A stretch of 64,000 nucleotides of DNA from Tetramitus jugosus (Eukaryota > Protista > Heterolobosea). Below, in pieces: positions 10,686 through 22,040 of this stretch; within the stretch, counting starts at the first letter, position 1, and each line of letters opens with the position of its first letter. The DNA lies in the NCBI GenBank assembly GCA_937625935.1, contig OW569346.1:124001-188000 (forward strand). Reading direction: 5' to 3'. The notes below the pieces were generated by a model. It saw only the letters and a program-made list of their open reading frames with translations, had not been told where the DNA came from and searched no databases. A program made the translations under genes and the position numbers.

Positions 10686-13481
10686 ATGAACATATCTCCC
10701 ACTCATCCAAAACAAAGAAAGAGAAATTTCTCTAATTGGAGCCTCATTGGTTTCGTTGCACTCTTGTGTTTGCTCGTGAGTGCAGTCACTGCACAACAGC
10801 AATCCAGAGTCATCATGGTCATATCTGGAAACGACCAGAAAACATCTGTGAATCACATGTTGGGTTCTCCTATTGAAATCAAAGTTCAAGACGCCAAGAC
10901 ATCAGAACCACTCGCTGGTCAAACAGTTTACTTGTTTCCTGAAACATCTGGTCGATTTCGTCCATATTTTCCCGATGGAAGCATTGTAAAAACAAATGAA
11001 CATGGAGTTGTAACGGTTCGTGTTAAGCCTGGTTTTTCTGTTGGTTCAGGCTCTGCAATTGCTAGTTTAGTATCCAAGAGTCAGTTTGATGCCAAGGATC
11101 TTACAACGTACACAAAGTTTACCTTTAACGTGACGAAGGAGACTTATAAGAATGCATGGATTCAAATGGGACTCATGCTCGGAATTTCTATTCTCTCCAT
11201 ATGTGGAGCTTTTGTTTTAGCTATTCTTTTGTTGAGAAAGGATACAGGTAATGATGCCATGCAGAATATTGCTAGCTCTATCCAAGAAGGAGCCAACGGT
11301 TTCCTCAGAACTCAATACCTCGCAATTGCTGTAATGTCCATTCCCTTGGCCTTGGCACTGTTCTTAATGTATGGTTTGAGACAGCAGAGTTTGAATGATC
11401 CAATGAGAGCCTGGAAGGGCGGGGCTTGGATCACGGCCACCATTACTGCACTCAGTTTTCTCTTGGGTGCTCTTTTGTCCGGTGTTTCAGGTTTCATTGG
11501 CATGTTCGTGTCAGTGAGAGCTAATGTGAGAGTTGCTGCAGCAGCTACTCGAAGTTACAATGAAGCATTGGGCGTTGCAACAAGATCAGGAGCTTTTGCC
11601 GGTTTCCTTGTCGTCGCAATGTCCGTACTAGGTGTTGGATTCATTTTCACTTTGCTTTATGCAGTGATGCCAGCTGGTAGAATCGATCCTCATCAAATTG
11701 TGGGAATGATTGTTGGTTTCTCCTTTGGTTGCAGTTTGGCAGCTCTTTTTGCTCAATTGGGAGGTGGTATCTTCACGAAAGCTGCAGATGTGGGTGCTGA
11801 TCTGGTAGGTAAGGTCGAGAGTAACATTCCAGAAGATGACGAGAGAAATCCTGCTGTCATTGCTGATTTGGTTGGTGACAATGTCGGAGATTGTGCTGGT
11901 CGTGGTGCTGATCTATTTGAATCCATCTCTGCTGAAAACATTGGTGTGATGATCTTGGCTGGAACCTTGTGCTCTAATTCGTATCCTCAGATCTCTAGTC
12001 CTGTCTCCTATATTGTCTTCCCATTGATTGTTCATGTGACTGGTATGATTGGTTCATGGATCGGTATCTTTTGTGTGCGAGTGCGTGATTTGAACAAGAC
12101 TGCAGTTCAGGAATCAGAGGAGAGAAGAGGTCTCATTACTGAACCTACTGTGAACTATTCCAATGTGCCTGAAGAACTTTCTCTCGATGATCTGGACAAT
12201 CCTATGACTGCTTTGAATATTGGATTAGTAGTGGCTTCTGTCATCACAACAGCCTTATTCATTCCATTATGTTACTGGTTGTTGCACAATCCTGAACATC
12301 CAAGAGCATGGTGGTGCTTTATGTTGTGTGGTCTTATTGGTATTATCACATCATGGGGTTTCGTATTCATTACAGTTTACTACACAGATTACAATTGGAG
12401 ACCTGTGAAATCAATTGCAGAATCTTCAAAAACAGGAGCCGCAACAAATGTTATCTCGGGTATTGCGGTGGGTCTAGAGTCGACTGGTGCTCCCGTTATT
12501 GTCATTTGTGCTGCTATTCTCGGTTCATATTACATTGGAATTGCTTCTGGAATTAAGAACGCAGATGGGGATTCAATTGGTGGATTGTTTGGAATAGCAG
12601 TGGCAACTATCGGAATGCTGACATCGTCAAGCTACATCTTGACAATGGATACTCTGGGACCTATTGTGGACAATGCTGGTGGTATTGCAGAAATGTCTGG
12701 ATTGCCTCACCACATTAGACTTGTAACTGATAGATTGGATGCAGTCGGTAACACGACAAAGGCTTTGACCAAGGGTTATGCAATTGGTTCAGCAGCACTC
12801 GCCGCTTTCCTCCTCTTCTCTGCCCTTTTGGATACGATTACGAGCTACACTGGCAAGGATTTCACTATTATTAATCTGGCCACACCGGAAGTGTTTGTTG
12901 GTGGACTGGCGGGGGCCACACTTGTGTTCGTGTTCAGCTCTTTGACCATCAGAGCTGTGGGTAACAGTGCACAAGTTGTTATTGAAGAAGTTAGACGACA
13001 ATTCCGTGAGAATCCAGGTATCATGGACAAGAGTTCTAAACCAGATTACGATAGATGTGTTTCTATTGTTACAAGATCAGCCCTGGTTCAAATGATTGCC
13101 CCTGGCTTGTTGGCCGTCTTTGTTCCTGTTATTGTTGGATTTTTGTTTAGATTGATCGGATTAGCGGTTAAGAAACCTTTGCTGGGAGCTGAGGTGTCCG
13201 CAGGATTCTTGATTGTGGCTACTATTGCTGGTATTTTGATGGCCCTCTTTTTGAATAACGCTGGTGGTGCTTGGGACAATGCAAAAAAGTTAGCTGAGAT
13301 GGATGAAACACTTGGTGGAAAGGGATCGGACATTCACAAGGCAACTGTGATTGGAGATACGATCGGAGATCCTTTCAAGGATACTGCAGGACCATCCTTG
13401 CATGTTCTGATCAAACTTTTGGCAACCATTACACTCGTGATTGGACCCCTGTATGTAAATATCAAACAAATAAATCACTAG
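10686..13481 (+). CDS. Membrane H+-translocating pyrophosphatase (V-PPase), K+-independent type, with N-terminal extension
   Basis: [38 protein letters not shown] (Lys at the K+-independence site), [14 protein letters not shown]; many TM helices. Confidence 0.95.
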   Translation: MNISPTHPKQRKRNFSNWSLIGFVALLCLLVSAVTAQQQSRVIMVISGNDQKTSVNHMLGSPIEIKVQDAKTSEPLAGQTVYLFPETSGRFRPYFPDGSIVKTNEHGVVTVRVKPGFSVGSGSAIASLVSKSQFDAKDLTTYTKFTFNVTKETYKNAWIQMGLMLGISILSICGAFVLAILLLRKDTGNDAMQNIASSIQEGANGFLRTQYLAIAVMSIPLALALFLMYGLRQQSLNDPMRAWKGGAWITATITALSFLLGALLSGVSGFIGMFVSVRANVRVAAAATRSYNEALGVATRSGAFAGFLVVAMSVLGVGFIFTLLYAVMPAGRIDPHQIVGMIVGFSFGCSLAALFAQLGGGIFTKAADVGADLVGKVESNIPEDDERNPAVIADLVGDNVGDCAGRGADLFESISAENIGVMILAGTLCSNSYPQISSPVSYIVFPLIVHVTGMIGSWIGIFCVRVRDLNKTAVQESEERRGLITEPTVNYSNVPEELSLDDLDNPMTALNIGLVVASVITTALFIPLCYWLLHNPEHPRAWWCFMLCGLIGIITSWGFVFITVYYTDYNWRPVKSIAESSKTGAATNVISGIAVGLESTGAPVIVICAAILGSYYIGIASGIKNADGDSIGGLFGIAVATIGMLTSSSYILTMDTLGPIVDNAGGIAEMSGLPHHIRLVTDRLDAVGNTTKALTKGYAIGSAALAAFLLFSALLDTITSYTGKDFTIINLATPEVFVGGLAGATLVFVFSSLTIRAVGNSAQVVIEEVRRQFRENPGIMDKSSKPDYDRCVSIVTRSALVQMIAPGLLAVFVPVIVGFLFRLIGLAVKKPLLGAEVSAGFLIVATIAGILMALFLNNAGGAWDNAKKLAEMDETLGGKGSDIHKATVIGDTIGDPFKDTAGPSLHVLIKLLATITLVIGPLYVNIKQINH

Positions 13482-13522
13482 ATGAGAACTAATAAAATGA
13501 TTAATTGTTTTTTGAGTTTTGT

Positions 13523-14071
13523 TTATTCTTTTACAATGGAGTTCCCGAGATCAAAAGCTTGCCGCAACCACTCGCTTTGGCTATAGTCTACAACATGCTC
13601 CTGGATTGAGGATATCATCAGTGTGTTGTAACAATTTTCAGGCACAGTAAGGGAAGGGTCTTTGGAAACGACAGATGTTGGTGCCCTCCGTTTTTCAGAG
13701 GAAGAGTCCCATTCTGTTGGTCGTTCGTATGGATGACTCTCCATTTTTCTTCGTTTCCGTCTCGTAGAACAGTTAGCCTGACTGTTCTCCTCAAAATGAT
13801 AGCTGCTGGGTTCTTGGGCTTGTGGCTCCTTCTTTCGAGAGTCTAGCCGGAAGTGACTCATGAAACACTGGCCCTTCTTTCGAACTGTCAAGTCTGTTCC
13901 CTTTTTAATCTTTTGCACAGTTGTCCTGAGATCTTGTTGTTCTTGAGATCCAACGTGAACGGATCTTATTGTCTGGGAAGTTGATTGCCTCAGGATGGTT
14001 CCCTCTTGGGATTTTGTGAGCCTATTGCTCTGTAACGAACTTGGATGCATATGAAACCGGTATACCTTCAT
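13523..14071 (-). CDS. Hypothetical basic, low-complexity protein
   Basis: 182-aa ATG-initiated ORF with NLS-like RRKRRK; no recognisable domain. Confidence 0.45.
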   Translation of the reverse strand: MKVYRFHMHPSSLQSNRLTKSQEGTILRQSTSQTIRSVHVGSQEQQDLRTTVQKIKKGTDLTVRKKGQCFMSHFRLDSRKKEPQAQEPSSYHFEENSQANCSTRRKRRKMESHPYERPTEWDSSSEKRRAPTSVVSKDPSLTVPENCYNTLMISSIQEHVVDYSQSEWLRQAFDLGNSIVKE

Positions 14072-14632
14072 GCTTTGACTATTGCTTCGTTGGTTTTATT
14101 AGGTTGCGTGGCAAACCTTAACTGGAGTAGTTGAATATAAACCTCCAACCCTTTTGGACTCTTATCCTCATAGTCGTTCCGAGAATCACTCTCTTCGAAT
14201 ATAGGCGAAAGAAAGAACTATTCGGTTCTCATTTGGGAGTTGTCTCATTCAGAAACTATACACTTGTCATCACCTCCAATTTTGGAATAGACCGAGATTC
14301 ATTCACCGCAAAATAGTGAAGTGAAACCATTTTCTTCGGTCGCAGATAACCAAATTAGAGAACAACATTTTCAGACGGCATTGTTCGCTCCGGATCCAGT
14401 TCACAAAACATGCCGATTATACTGTCGCCACTACGTGTGGCGCTCCAAAAGGACAATTCTATGCGAATCATTTCTAGTCTCCAAGAAGTGCTCACCCTTC
14501 CCAAAAACTGTAGTTGTCCAGTTTCTCCATCTCGGAGAAATGTGTCAGCAGAAATCAAAATGTGTCCTTCAAATTGGTTCTTCAACCCCGAACTTCGAAC
14601 ATCCAAAAAACACATCCAAAAAACAGCTGCAA

Positions 14633-17213
14633 ATGACTTCGATTACACTCATCAACAGCACCAACGGTCAAACCGTTCAAGTGTCCGAACTGAAAACGTA
14701 TGTCTCCATTTTTTTTCAACATTGTCCATTGAAGTCACACAAAACAATTGGAAGCTTTTTGTCTCTCGAATACGTATAAAAATTTTTTTCATGAAACGTT
14801 GCAATATTGACTGTATATTCTGTGGTGGATATTGTGTTGTGTTGCTCTGCTAAAAAAAATATGACATCGCTATATAGCTTGGAACAGTTGAAATCTCATG
14901 TACAAGATTATTGGAATATACCAACAAAGAAACAAGTATTTCTCATGTCAGATGGCTCTCTGTGCTCTCATTTTTATCACGTATGTCTTGTCACTCAGTC
15001 TTTGTTGTTACAACGTTTGTTTTTTTATTGTCGTTGTACCTTGCTGCTCACACCAGATGATGATGATGACGATGATGATATTCGAATAATAGTCCAGAGC
15101 CGGAGATTTCACTCTCTACCTGTACACTACTGTTCCAGAAAATGAACAAACCATGAGACGTCATGATGACAATGGTGAGGACAAACAACAAGAAGAACAA
15201 TCATCCATCCTCTTGCCCAGCATCACAACCAACATTAAAAAAGTGCAGAGTGAACAAGAGAGAATAACAGAATCCATTCATGTGATGCAATTGTACATTG
15301 AGTCACTGATATCATCGTTCCAGAGTCGATTGGACGATTATCGTTCCAGGTTCGAAGCCATTGCCAACTTGTTTGACTCGTGTGAGTTGTCCGATGAGAA
15401 GATTAACAGTTTGAAGAGTACAGTGTTGCATGCGAGTATTCAAACCGATTCCAAACACACGCTCTACGATTTAATATCCACAAAACCGGATCATGTGAAG
15501 CAGTACGCCGATTATTTGAAGATTATTGTAGATAGGACACGAGAAGAGTACAATGATAGGCACGGTACGGTTTTACAAGCACAACAGAGACAAAAGGAAC
15601 ACATGGAAGAAGACAAGAGACAGCATGAGAGAAATTTGGAACAAGTGAAGCCAATGGAAGAGCAGGACGAAGAGACCATGTATGAACAAGTGATGAATCT
15701 GAAGAAGGCAACTGTGGTGCGATTGCAAAAATTGGCGTCACATGTGCGAACGACGGGTCAAGCACTGAGAAAGAGTATTCAGTTTGAGATGATTGGCATG
15801 GAAGTTGAAGAGTTGGATCGCCTCGTTAGCAAATTGAGAGGTATCGATCATTTTGAAACAAATCACTCAATCAGTCTACTAGAGCTAGAGAGACGACGAA
15901 GATGGCAGGACTCTGTGCTCAAAGTTTTGTCCGGTGCATTTGATGAGGAGCGAGAGCGAAGAGCAATCTTTATGACACTGGTTGGAAAGTACTTGGGCAA
16001 GGGAAATCCAATTGCACACATCTTGCAATCCATTCCTCATTTTGACGAACATCGATCATTCATTCAAATTGATCAATTTCCTGATCTAGGCACGTTGAAT
16101 ATTTCGCAAATATTCGAGTCGATTGGTGGAGTCAAGAAGATTAATGAAATTGGACTCAGCTCAACAATGTTTGACTATTTGGCATCCGCTCAATCAACAT
16201 TGTCATCCTCGTTGTCATCGCAGGTCGACCATGGCACTTTCCATTCTTTCGAATCGGCCAGAAGTGTGGTAGAGCAATTGCGCATGGATTGTGCCTCAAA
16301 AGATAAGCAACTGCTGCAAACTACAACTGAACTCGAAGATTTGCAGAAAGAGCACCAAGTCAAAGATCAACGTATACAAGAACTAGAGAAAGAAATCGAG
16401 AGAACGCGTCGGGAACATAATTTATTAGATGAACAGGTAGGAAAGCTTCAACAGTTGAATGATGACTATTGCGCAACTGTTGAGTACGTTGGAAAAGAAA
16501 AGGAGACTCTTGAGCGCATCTTACAAAATCAAGCGAACGATTTCCATCAACAAACCACTCAACTCATTCAATCAGAACAAACAATCAACAACCTGTCGAG
16601 AGAGAATACCTATCTTCGAGAGCAAAATGGACAACTTATTGCCGCTGAAGCACAGCACAGACACAACATACTCACGCTGACACACCAGATTCAGAACGAA
16701 CAACAACAATCTGAAATTTCACTGTCGAATCAAAAATCTGAAATCGTGAGGCTGACGCAACAACTCCATGGTGCCAACTCACATATTCACGATTTGAGTA
16801 ATCAACTAAACATTCAAGCTCAGAACTTTCAATCAAGAGAGAAGGAGCTCATCCAGATGCTGAACCGAGGCGGCGATGTAGAAAAACAACACATCACCAA
16901 TCTGAGTAACAAAGTTCTATTCCTAGAAAATGAATTGAATACGCTCCAGTCTCAATTCCAATCCCAGGAGCAAATGTTGCAAGAAAAGGAAAGACAAATT
17001 GCACTCCTTGAACACATGAATAAGGATCTTCAATCCAACCAGCAAGCCTTGCAAGAGTACACAGAGCTGACGAATGTGCTCTGTCTTGATTTGATGGGAC
17101 GTTCAGACAGGACTAACCATGTGGAAGCAGTGTCTCACTTTTTCTTTGCTGATACCCAATCAAGATTGGCTCTCATTCCAGCGCTGCGTGAAATACTGAG
17201 TCAGCGATCCTAA
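14633..17213 (+). CDS. ATG11/FIP200/ATG17-like coiled-coil scaffold; 3 exons
   Basis: Introns 14698-14877 and about 14982-15092 keep the frame; Ubl-like N-terminus (LEQLKSHVQDYWNIPTKKQVFLMSDG); LLELERRRRW...EERERRAIFMTLVGKYL resembles the Atg17/Atg11 motif; long C-terminal coiled coil. Confidence 0.55.
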
Positions 17214-17397
17214 GTAATCACTCTCCGCAATCTGTAAAACAAAATTTTTGCGCTTTTTTTGAACGTTCTGACCTGTTCCCTTTTCGCCATATCAAATGTC
17301 GTGTGGGCAGCTGCCGACATCCCTTTGCCAACGCACGAGGCGGAATATCTAACTCTTCCAACAAAACAATCAAAATATATCACAACAACAAGCAAAA

Positions 17398-19348
17398 ATG
17401 TCAACAACACATAACAACAAGAAAAGTTTTAGTTTTGTACTTGTGCTCGCACTGTTGGCCATTTGCTGCTTCTTAGCAGTCACAAATCGCAGTGTGAAAG
17501 GTGACGATGGTGGTGGTGCCCACTGTGTAGGTTCGTACAATTAATTATTGACTCAGTCACTCACACCCAACTGTTTTGTTTCTCTCTGTGCATGGTCATT
17601 CCACACCTTTCGCCTTCTTCGATTTATTAACTCCGACACCTTTTTTTGGAAATGACGTTTACAGGATGTGTCATTGTGTCTCGTGTCCTTTATCAAATTA
17701 TGGAGAAGGAGGAACCGAGTGCAGAGAAGGCACTAGGTCGTTTTTGTCAACTCTTGCCTGAGAACATTCGTGGTGCATGCGATGTGTTTATCAAATTTGA
17801 AGGGTAAGTTTACAAAGAAACTTGTAATATTGATATCTTTTGTTTTTTTTTGTCATTCAGATGGTGTTGTTGTTGAAAACTTACACTGGCGCATTTTCTG
17901 CCCATTTGATCAGTCCAATTCTGGTCAAAATGCTGGAGAATGCTGAAACACCGGACATTATTTGTCAACAGCTCAAATTCTGCACGAATACCAAGTGCCA
18001 CTTGTATCCATACAAGTCAAACTCATCTCCATCTGACATGACCAAAAAGTACAATAATTATAGAGTGCGTCAAGTTCAGAGAGGCAACAAGAATGAGCCA
18101 TGGTGGAAGAAGCTGTTGGAAAAGTTGCTTGAACCGTTTGTAAACACATTTGGAAACCATGTTCCATTGTTTGACAATGATGGAGACATGTTTTCGACGG
18201 TAAAGGGATTCCGTGGAACTGGATTCAGAGGCAAGGACTGTGCTGAATCGAATCCAAGCATATACCCAGGAAGAAGATCCACTCTGTCCAATGCCAATGT
18301 CGATGAGAACTGTAATGGAATTGTGGGAACAGATCCAGCATCAGGAAAGTCCTATGAAGAGCTCCTATGTGGCAACATTACTCAGAGAGGTGTTGCTGTG
18401 TTGGGTGATTCTGCAAGTGCTCATTTTAGACTCCCTGAGCAATTTGTTTTGGCAAATACCATTGATGCCAAGACCTATTCTCACTTGTTGGGAATGTTGG
18501 AGTTGGAGATTGATTGGCCACACTTGAGCTCTATCACTGGATACATGAATGACACTACTGGTTTGGTCTCCGGTTCAACCAATTCCATTTATTTGAAGAT
18601 GAAGGAGCGTAATCGTTGCATTCACAGAGACTTCCAGAACATTGGTGTCAATGGTGCTAGAACAGGTGCAATGGTCGATATTTCCAAGACACTTGCTCGT
18701 GATCAACAAGCCGATCAACCATTGCTCCTCTTCTATTCTCTCGTTGGAAATGATGTGTGCAGCGGTCATGCTGACTTTGATCACTTCACCTCTCCAGCCA
18801 ACTTTTATACCAATGTCGTGAATGCATTGAACCATTTGGATACTGTTTTGCCTGCTGACTCGTACGTTGTTTTTGTTGGATTGGCCGATGGAGGTTTGTT
18901 GTACGACTTTTTGCATGAGGCCTATCATCCATTAGGAGTCAAGTATCCTGCTGTGTATGACTTCTTGAACTGCTTGGAAACTACACCATGCTGGGGATGG
19001 ATGAACACCAATGCCACAATCAGAAACATTACCACCCAACATGCTAATGAATTGTCAAAGGTCTACTCTAAGATTATTGCCGATAAGCAGGGTACCTACA
19101 AGAACTTTAAGATGCTGTATCAGGAGTTCCCATTGACTTACCTGTACAAGAAGTACATTGCAGACGGTGGAAATGCTGTTGATCTGATTGAACCAATGGA
19201 CGGTTTCCATCCATCTCAAATCGGTAATACTCTCATTGCGCAGGGTCTCTATGATTGGTTGAATCAGAATCATCCAGAAGCCTTGGGTCCAATCAATCCA
19301 AACAATGCTCAAATTGAGAAACTGTTTGGTGACCAAGGTGGATACTAA
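17398..19348 (+). CDS. AOAH: Acyloxyacyl hydrolase (saposin B plus SGNH lipase), secreted/lysosomal; 3 exons
   Basis: Signal peptide from ATG 17398; saposin cysteines across exons; RGKDC, NCNGIVG, LGDSASAHF, CIHRDFQNIGVNGAR, GNDVC, PCWGWMNTN, EPMDGFHPSQ, FGDQGGY. Confidence 0.92.
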
Positions 19349-19379
19349 TTCTGTGTATACAGTAAATCATATCTTTTTA

Positions 19380-20270
19380 TCATTCGTCGAATATCCTTGG
19401 GAATAATATCCTGGCATTATTGGTCGTTTGTTCACCAACGACCTCCATTGGGATTTGTTTCAGCTCGGCAATCTTTTCACATGACAAGATTGCGTTCTTT
19501 GGCTCGTTTCTAGCTGTCTTGAGCTTCATCTCAAGCTCCTCCTTTGTTTCATGATCTGGCAAGTTTGGCAATAGCGCAGGACTATCGGTTTCGAGCATGA
19601 GGCGCTCTAATGGCAGTGCTTTTGCTAACTCTTGCAGCTGATTCGATCTACAGATATTAGCAGGAATACTGAAAAAGAATTGACTATCCACGGACTGAAT
19701 GGCCTGTTTTGCAACCTTAACACTTCCATCAAAGCAATGCATCAATACCTTCCTTGCACCATTGTCCTGAAGCAGCTTTATGCATGGTCTGCCTGCAGAC
19801 CTGCTATGTACATTCAATGATAATCCAGTTTCTTCACTCAGTTTACAAAACTCTATCAAAGCTTCCTTTTGTAACTCTTTCAGTGCATCTGGTGTCGTGT
19901 TATACCTCTGTGCAGTGTCTTTTAGAATATTGGGACTGTAATCGAGTCCAACTTCACCAATACAGACGATTTGTTCCTTGTGTGTTCGGATCAAGTTCAC
20001 CATCTCTTGAATCTGTTCTCTGGAGTGAACAGAGCACGGGTGCAGACCAATAGAAGGCTTCAATACACTTGGATATCGTTCACAAAGGGACAATACTTGT
20101 TGTGCAGTCTCTGCATCCTCAGAAACAACAATAATTTTGTGGACTTGATTCATTTGGGCATCCTTGACCATTTGATCAATGTGACCAACTAATTTCTGGT
20201 CATACATGTGCGTATGGACATCCACCAACAACTGGGCTGAGACCGATCGTGCCAAATTGGTTGACTTCAT
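19380..20270 (-). CDS. TatD-family deoxyribonuclease (TATDN3-like)
   Basis: DVHTH, GLHP, IGEVGLDY, VHSR, MHCF, LETDSP, RNEP motifs. Confidence 0.93.
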   Translation of the reverse strand: MKSTNLARSVSAQLLVDVHTHMYDQKLVGHIDQMVKDAQMNQVHKIIVVSEDAETAQQVLSLCERYPSVLKPSIGLHPCSVHSREQIQEMVNLIRTHKEQIVCIGEVGLDYSPNILKDTAQRYNTTPDALKELQKEALIEFCKLSEETGLSLNVHSRSAGRPCIKLLQDNGARKVLMHCFDGSVKVAKQAIQSVDSQFFFSIPANICRSNQLQELAKALPLERLMLETDSPALLPNLPDHETKEELEMKLKTARNEPKNAILSCEKIAELKQIPMEVVGEQTTNNARILFPRIFDE

Positions 20271-20363
20271 GAAGTTTTTTCTTTCTGGCAGATCGGAACA
20301 TCAATTGGCGCCAATCAGGGCCTACTGGAAAAGTTTTATTTTCAAATCAAAACAAAGTAAAAG

Positions 20364-21158
20364 ATGACTCTGACTGAAGGATCCCCTCGAAGCGATGCTA
20401 CAGAAATGTACAATGACCCTGAAGTCCCTACACTTCCCCTTGAATCAGATGACGGACCCATCGAGGGCTTTCACATCCAGGCAAAGGTCGGTTTTTTTGA
20501 TTTTATAGAAATGACCGCTTCTCGTCCCTTAGATCCTCCTCTGATCTTAGCACAAAAGAGAACATTTGAGGATTTTTTCAAGTCTCATCTGAGGTTTCCA
20601 CCAAATGATATCAAGCTGCCATTGTTGAAGCGAGCAAGGTTTTACAAGGAAGAGAGTGTCAATAATCTTCTGGCTAAGTTAGAAGAGATCAATGGCAGAC
20701 TTAAAGAGGTCGAAAAGAAGTTTGAAGAACAAGTGAGTGCTAATCAAGAGCTCAAAAAGGAAATCAAGGATTTGGAAACCAAACAGTTGTTCCTGGGAGA
20801 TTTTGCGATCATTCACAATGACTATTTCCTGGCCCAACAACGTGGGGTTGACTCTCAAGAAGAACAAAGGGTGTTGAGCATGGTGATTAATACTATGTCT
20901 GAATATCAGGTTGAGTCCCTAGTGTCAAGTGCCCAATCTCTTACAAAATTCTTAGATACTCTCCGTGGTCGCTTGGAAATGCTTATCTCCGAGAATGTAA
21001 CCAATGCTAAAAAGGTTGACGAAGAAGCCAGAAGTATCCTAATTGGAGTAGGATGCGAGAACCTCCAGGGAACAGCAAACAAGTACACAAGAAAAGACCT
21101 TGGGGAAGAACTTGTAGCCTATTTCTTCAAGTCTTGTGTACAGAACCGATCACAATAA
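20364..21158 (+). CDS. Hypothetical coiled-coil protein
   Basis: 264-aa intronless ORF with a central heptad region; no recognisable family. Confidence 0.6.
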   Translation: MTLTEGSPRSDATEMYNDPEVPTLPLESDDGPIEGFHIQAKVGFFDFIEMTASRPLDPPLILAQKRTFEDFFKSHLRFPPNDIKLPLLKRARFYKEESVNNLLAKLEEINGRLKEVEKKFEEQVSANQELKKEIKDLETKQLFLGDFAIIHNDYFLAQQRGVDSQEEQRVLSMVINTMSEYQVESLVSSAQSLTKFLDTLRGRLEMLISENVTNAKKVDEEARSILIGVGCENLQGTANKYTRKDLGEELVAYFFKSCVQNRSQ

Positions 21159-21392
21159 GCTTGTGCAAGTTGAATTATCACAAAGATGACGCTACCAAGA
21201 GTCTATGGAGTCAAGAAGCAGTTCACAAAAAGAGAAACAACCAAGCGAAGAATGAAAGTGCGATAGGATCCACATCGACAACTCTCAATGAACGACGACC
21301 ATAGTTCTTCTCAGTAGGATACTTCGTGATAAACCTTAAGTTTCTGCTGCCAGCGGGATCAAAATCAAAACGAAAATTCATCCAACCATTCT

Positions 21393-21911
21393 TTATTCTG
21401 ACTTCAAAAATTGTTGAACATACTGCTCTCTGGCAGGCAACAAATCCGTGGCTGTCTCACATCTGTTGAACGGCGTCCACACGGGTTCCTTTTGTTCCTT
21501 GACAAACAATCTCATGGCCTTTGCATATCTATTGTCATCCAATGTAAATCTATGATAAATACCAGCAGGCAACACAATCAAATCACTCTTTTTTGTGTGC
21601 AGACGAATCCAACGATCACTCTTGTCTCTCACATCAAAAAATCCACTGCCGTCGACAAAATAGCGAATTTCTTCATACTCGTGCAAGTGCTCTTCGAAAA
21701 ACATTTGCAATTTTTGGTCGAGGTCAGGCATGTACTCCTTGCTAATGTTGACAATCGAGCGATGAGCATATCCACGCTCTTCACACAACTGTGTGAGCTC
21801 TTGTTCATAGTCAGAGTTGGCATCAATGTGTCTTTGGAAGACTCCCAAGGAATCAAGTGTCTCTTGAGAAACTGGAGATTGATCATCCATGTACCATGCT
21901 TCAATTGTCAT
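21393..21911 (-). CDS. ADI1: Acireductone dioxygenase (methionine salvage)
   Basis: AWYMD, FFEEHLHEYEEIRY, GSGFFDVRD, WIR, LPAGIYHRFTLD, AMRLF, PVWTPFNR. Confidence 0.95.
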   Translation of the reverse strand: MTIEAWYMDDQSPVSQETLDSLGVFQRHIDANSDYEQELTQLCEERGYAHRSIVNISKEYMPDLDQKLQMFFEEHLHEYEEIRYFVDGSGFFDVRDKSDRWIRLHTKKSDLIVLPAGIYHRFTLDDNRYAKAMRLFVKEQKEPVWTPFNRCETATDLLPAREQYVQQFLKSE

Positions 21912-22040
21912 CTCTGCGCGTCAGTTGGTTCTGTTGTTGTTTTTTCTGCGGCCTTCTAATTTTTTTTTGCTGAAGTTCCTGCGCACAGAGGAATTTTCTT
22001 GTTGGCTTGGAGCTTTGGCAAAACTCCAACAAGAAAAAAA

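Noticed and set aside
15056-15080. (GAT)n tract, and other CAA/AGT/GAA runs in the window
   Set aside because: Ordinary microsatellite or low-complexity sequence; no repeat-spacer (CRISPR-like) structure anywhere in the window
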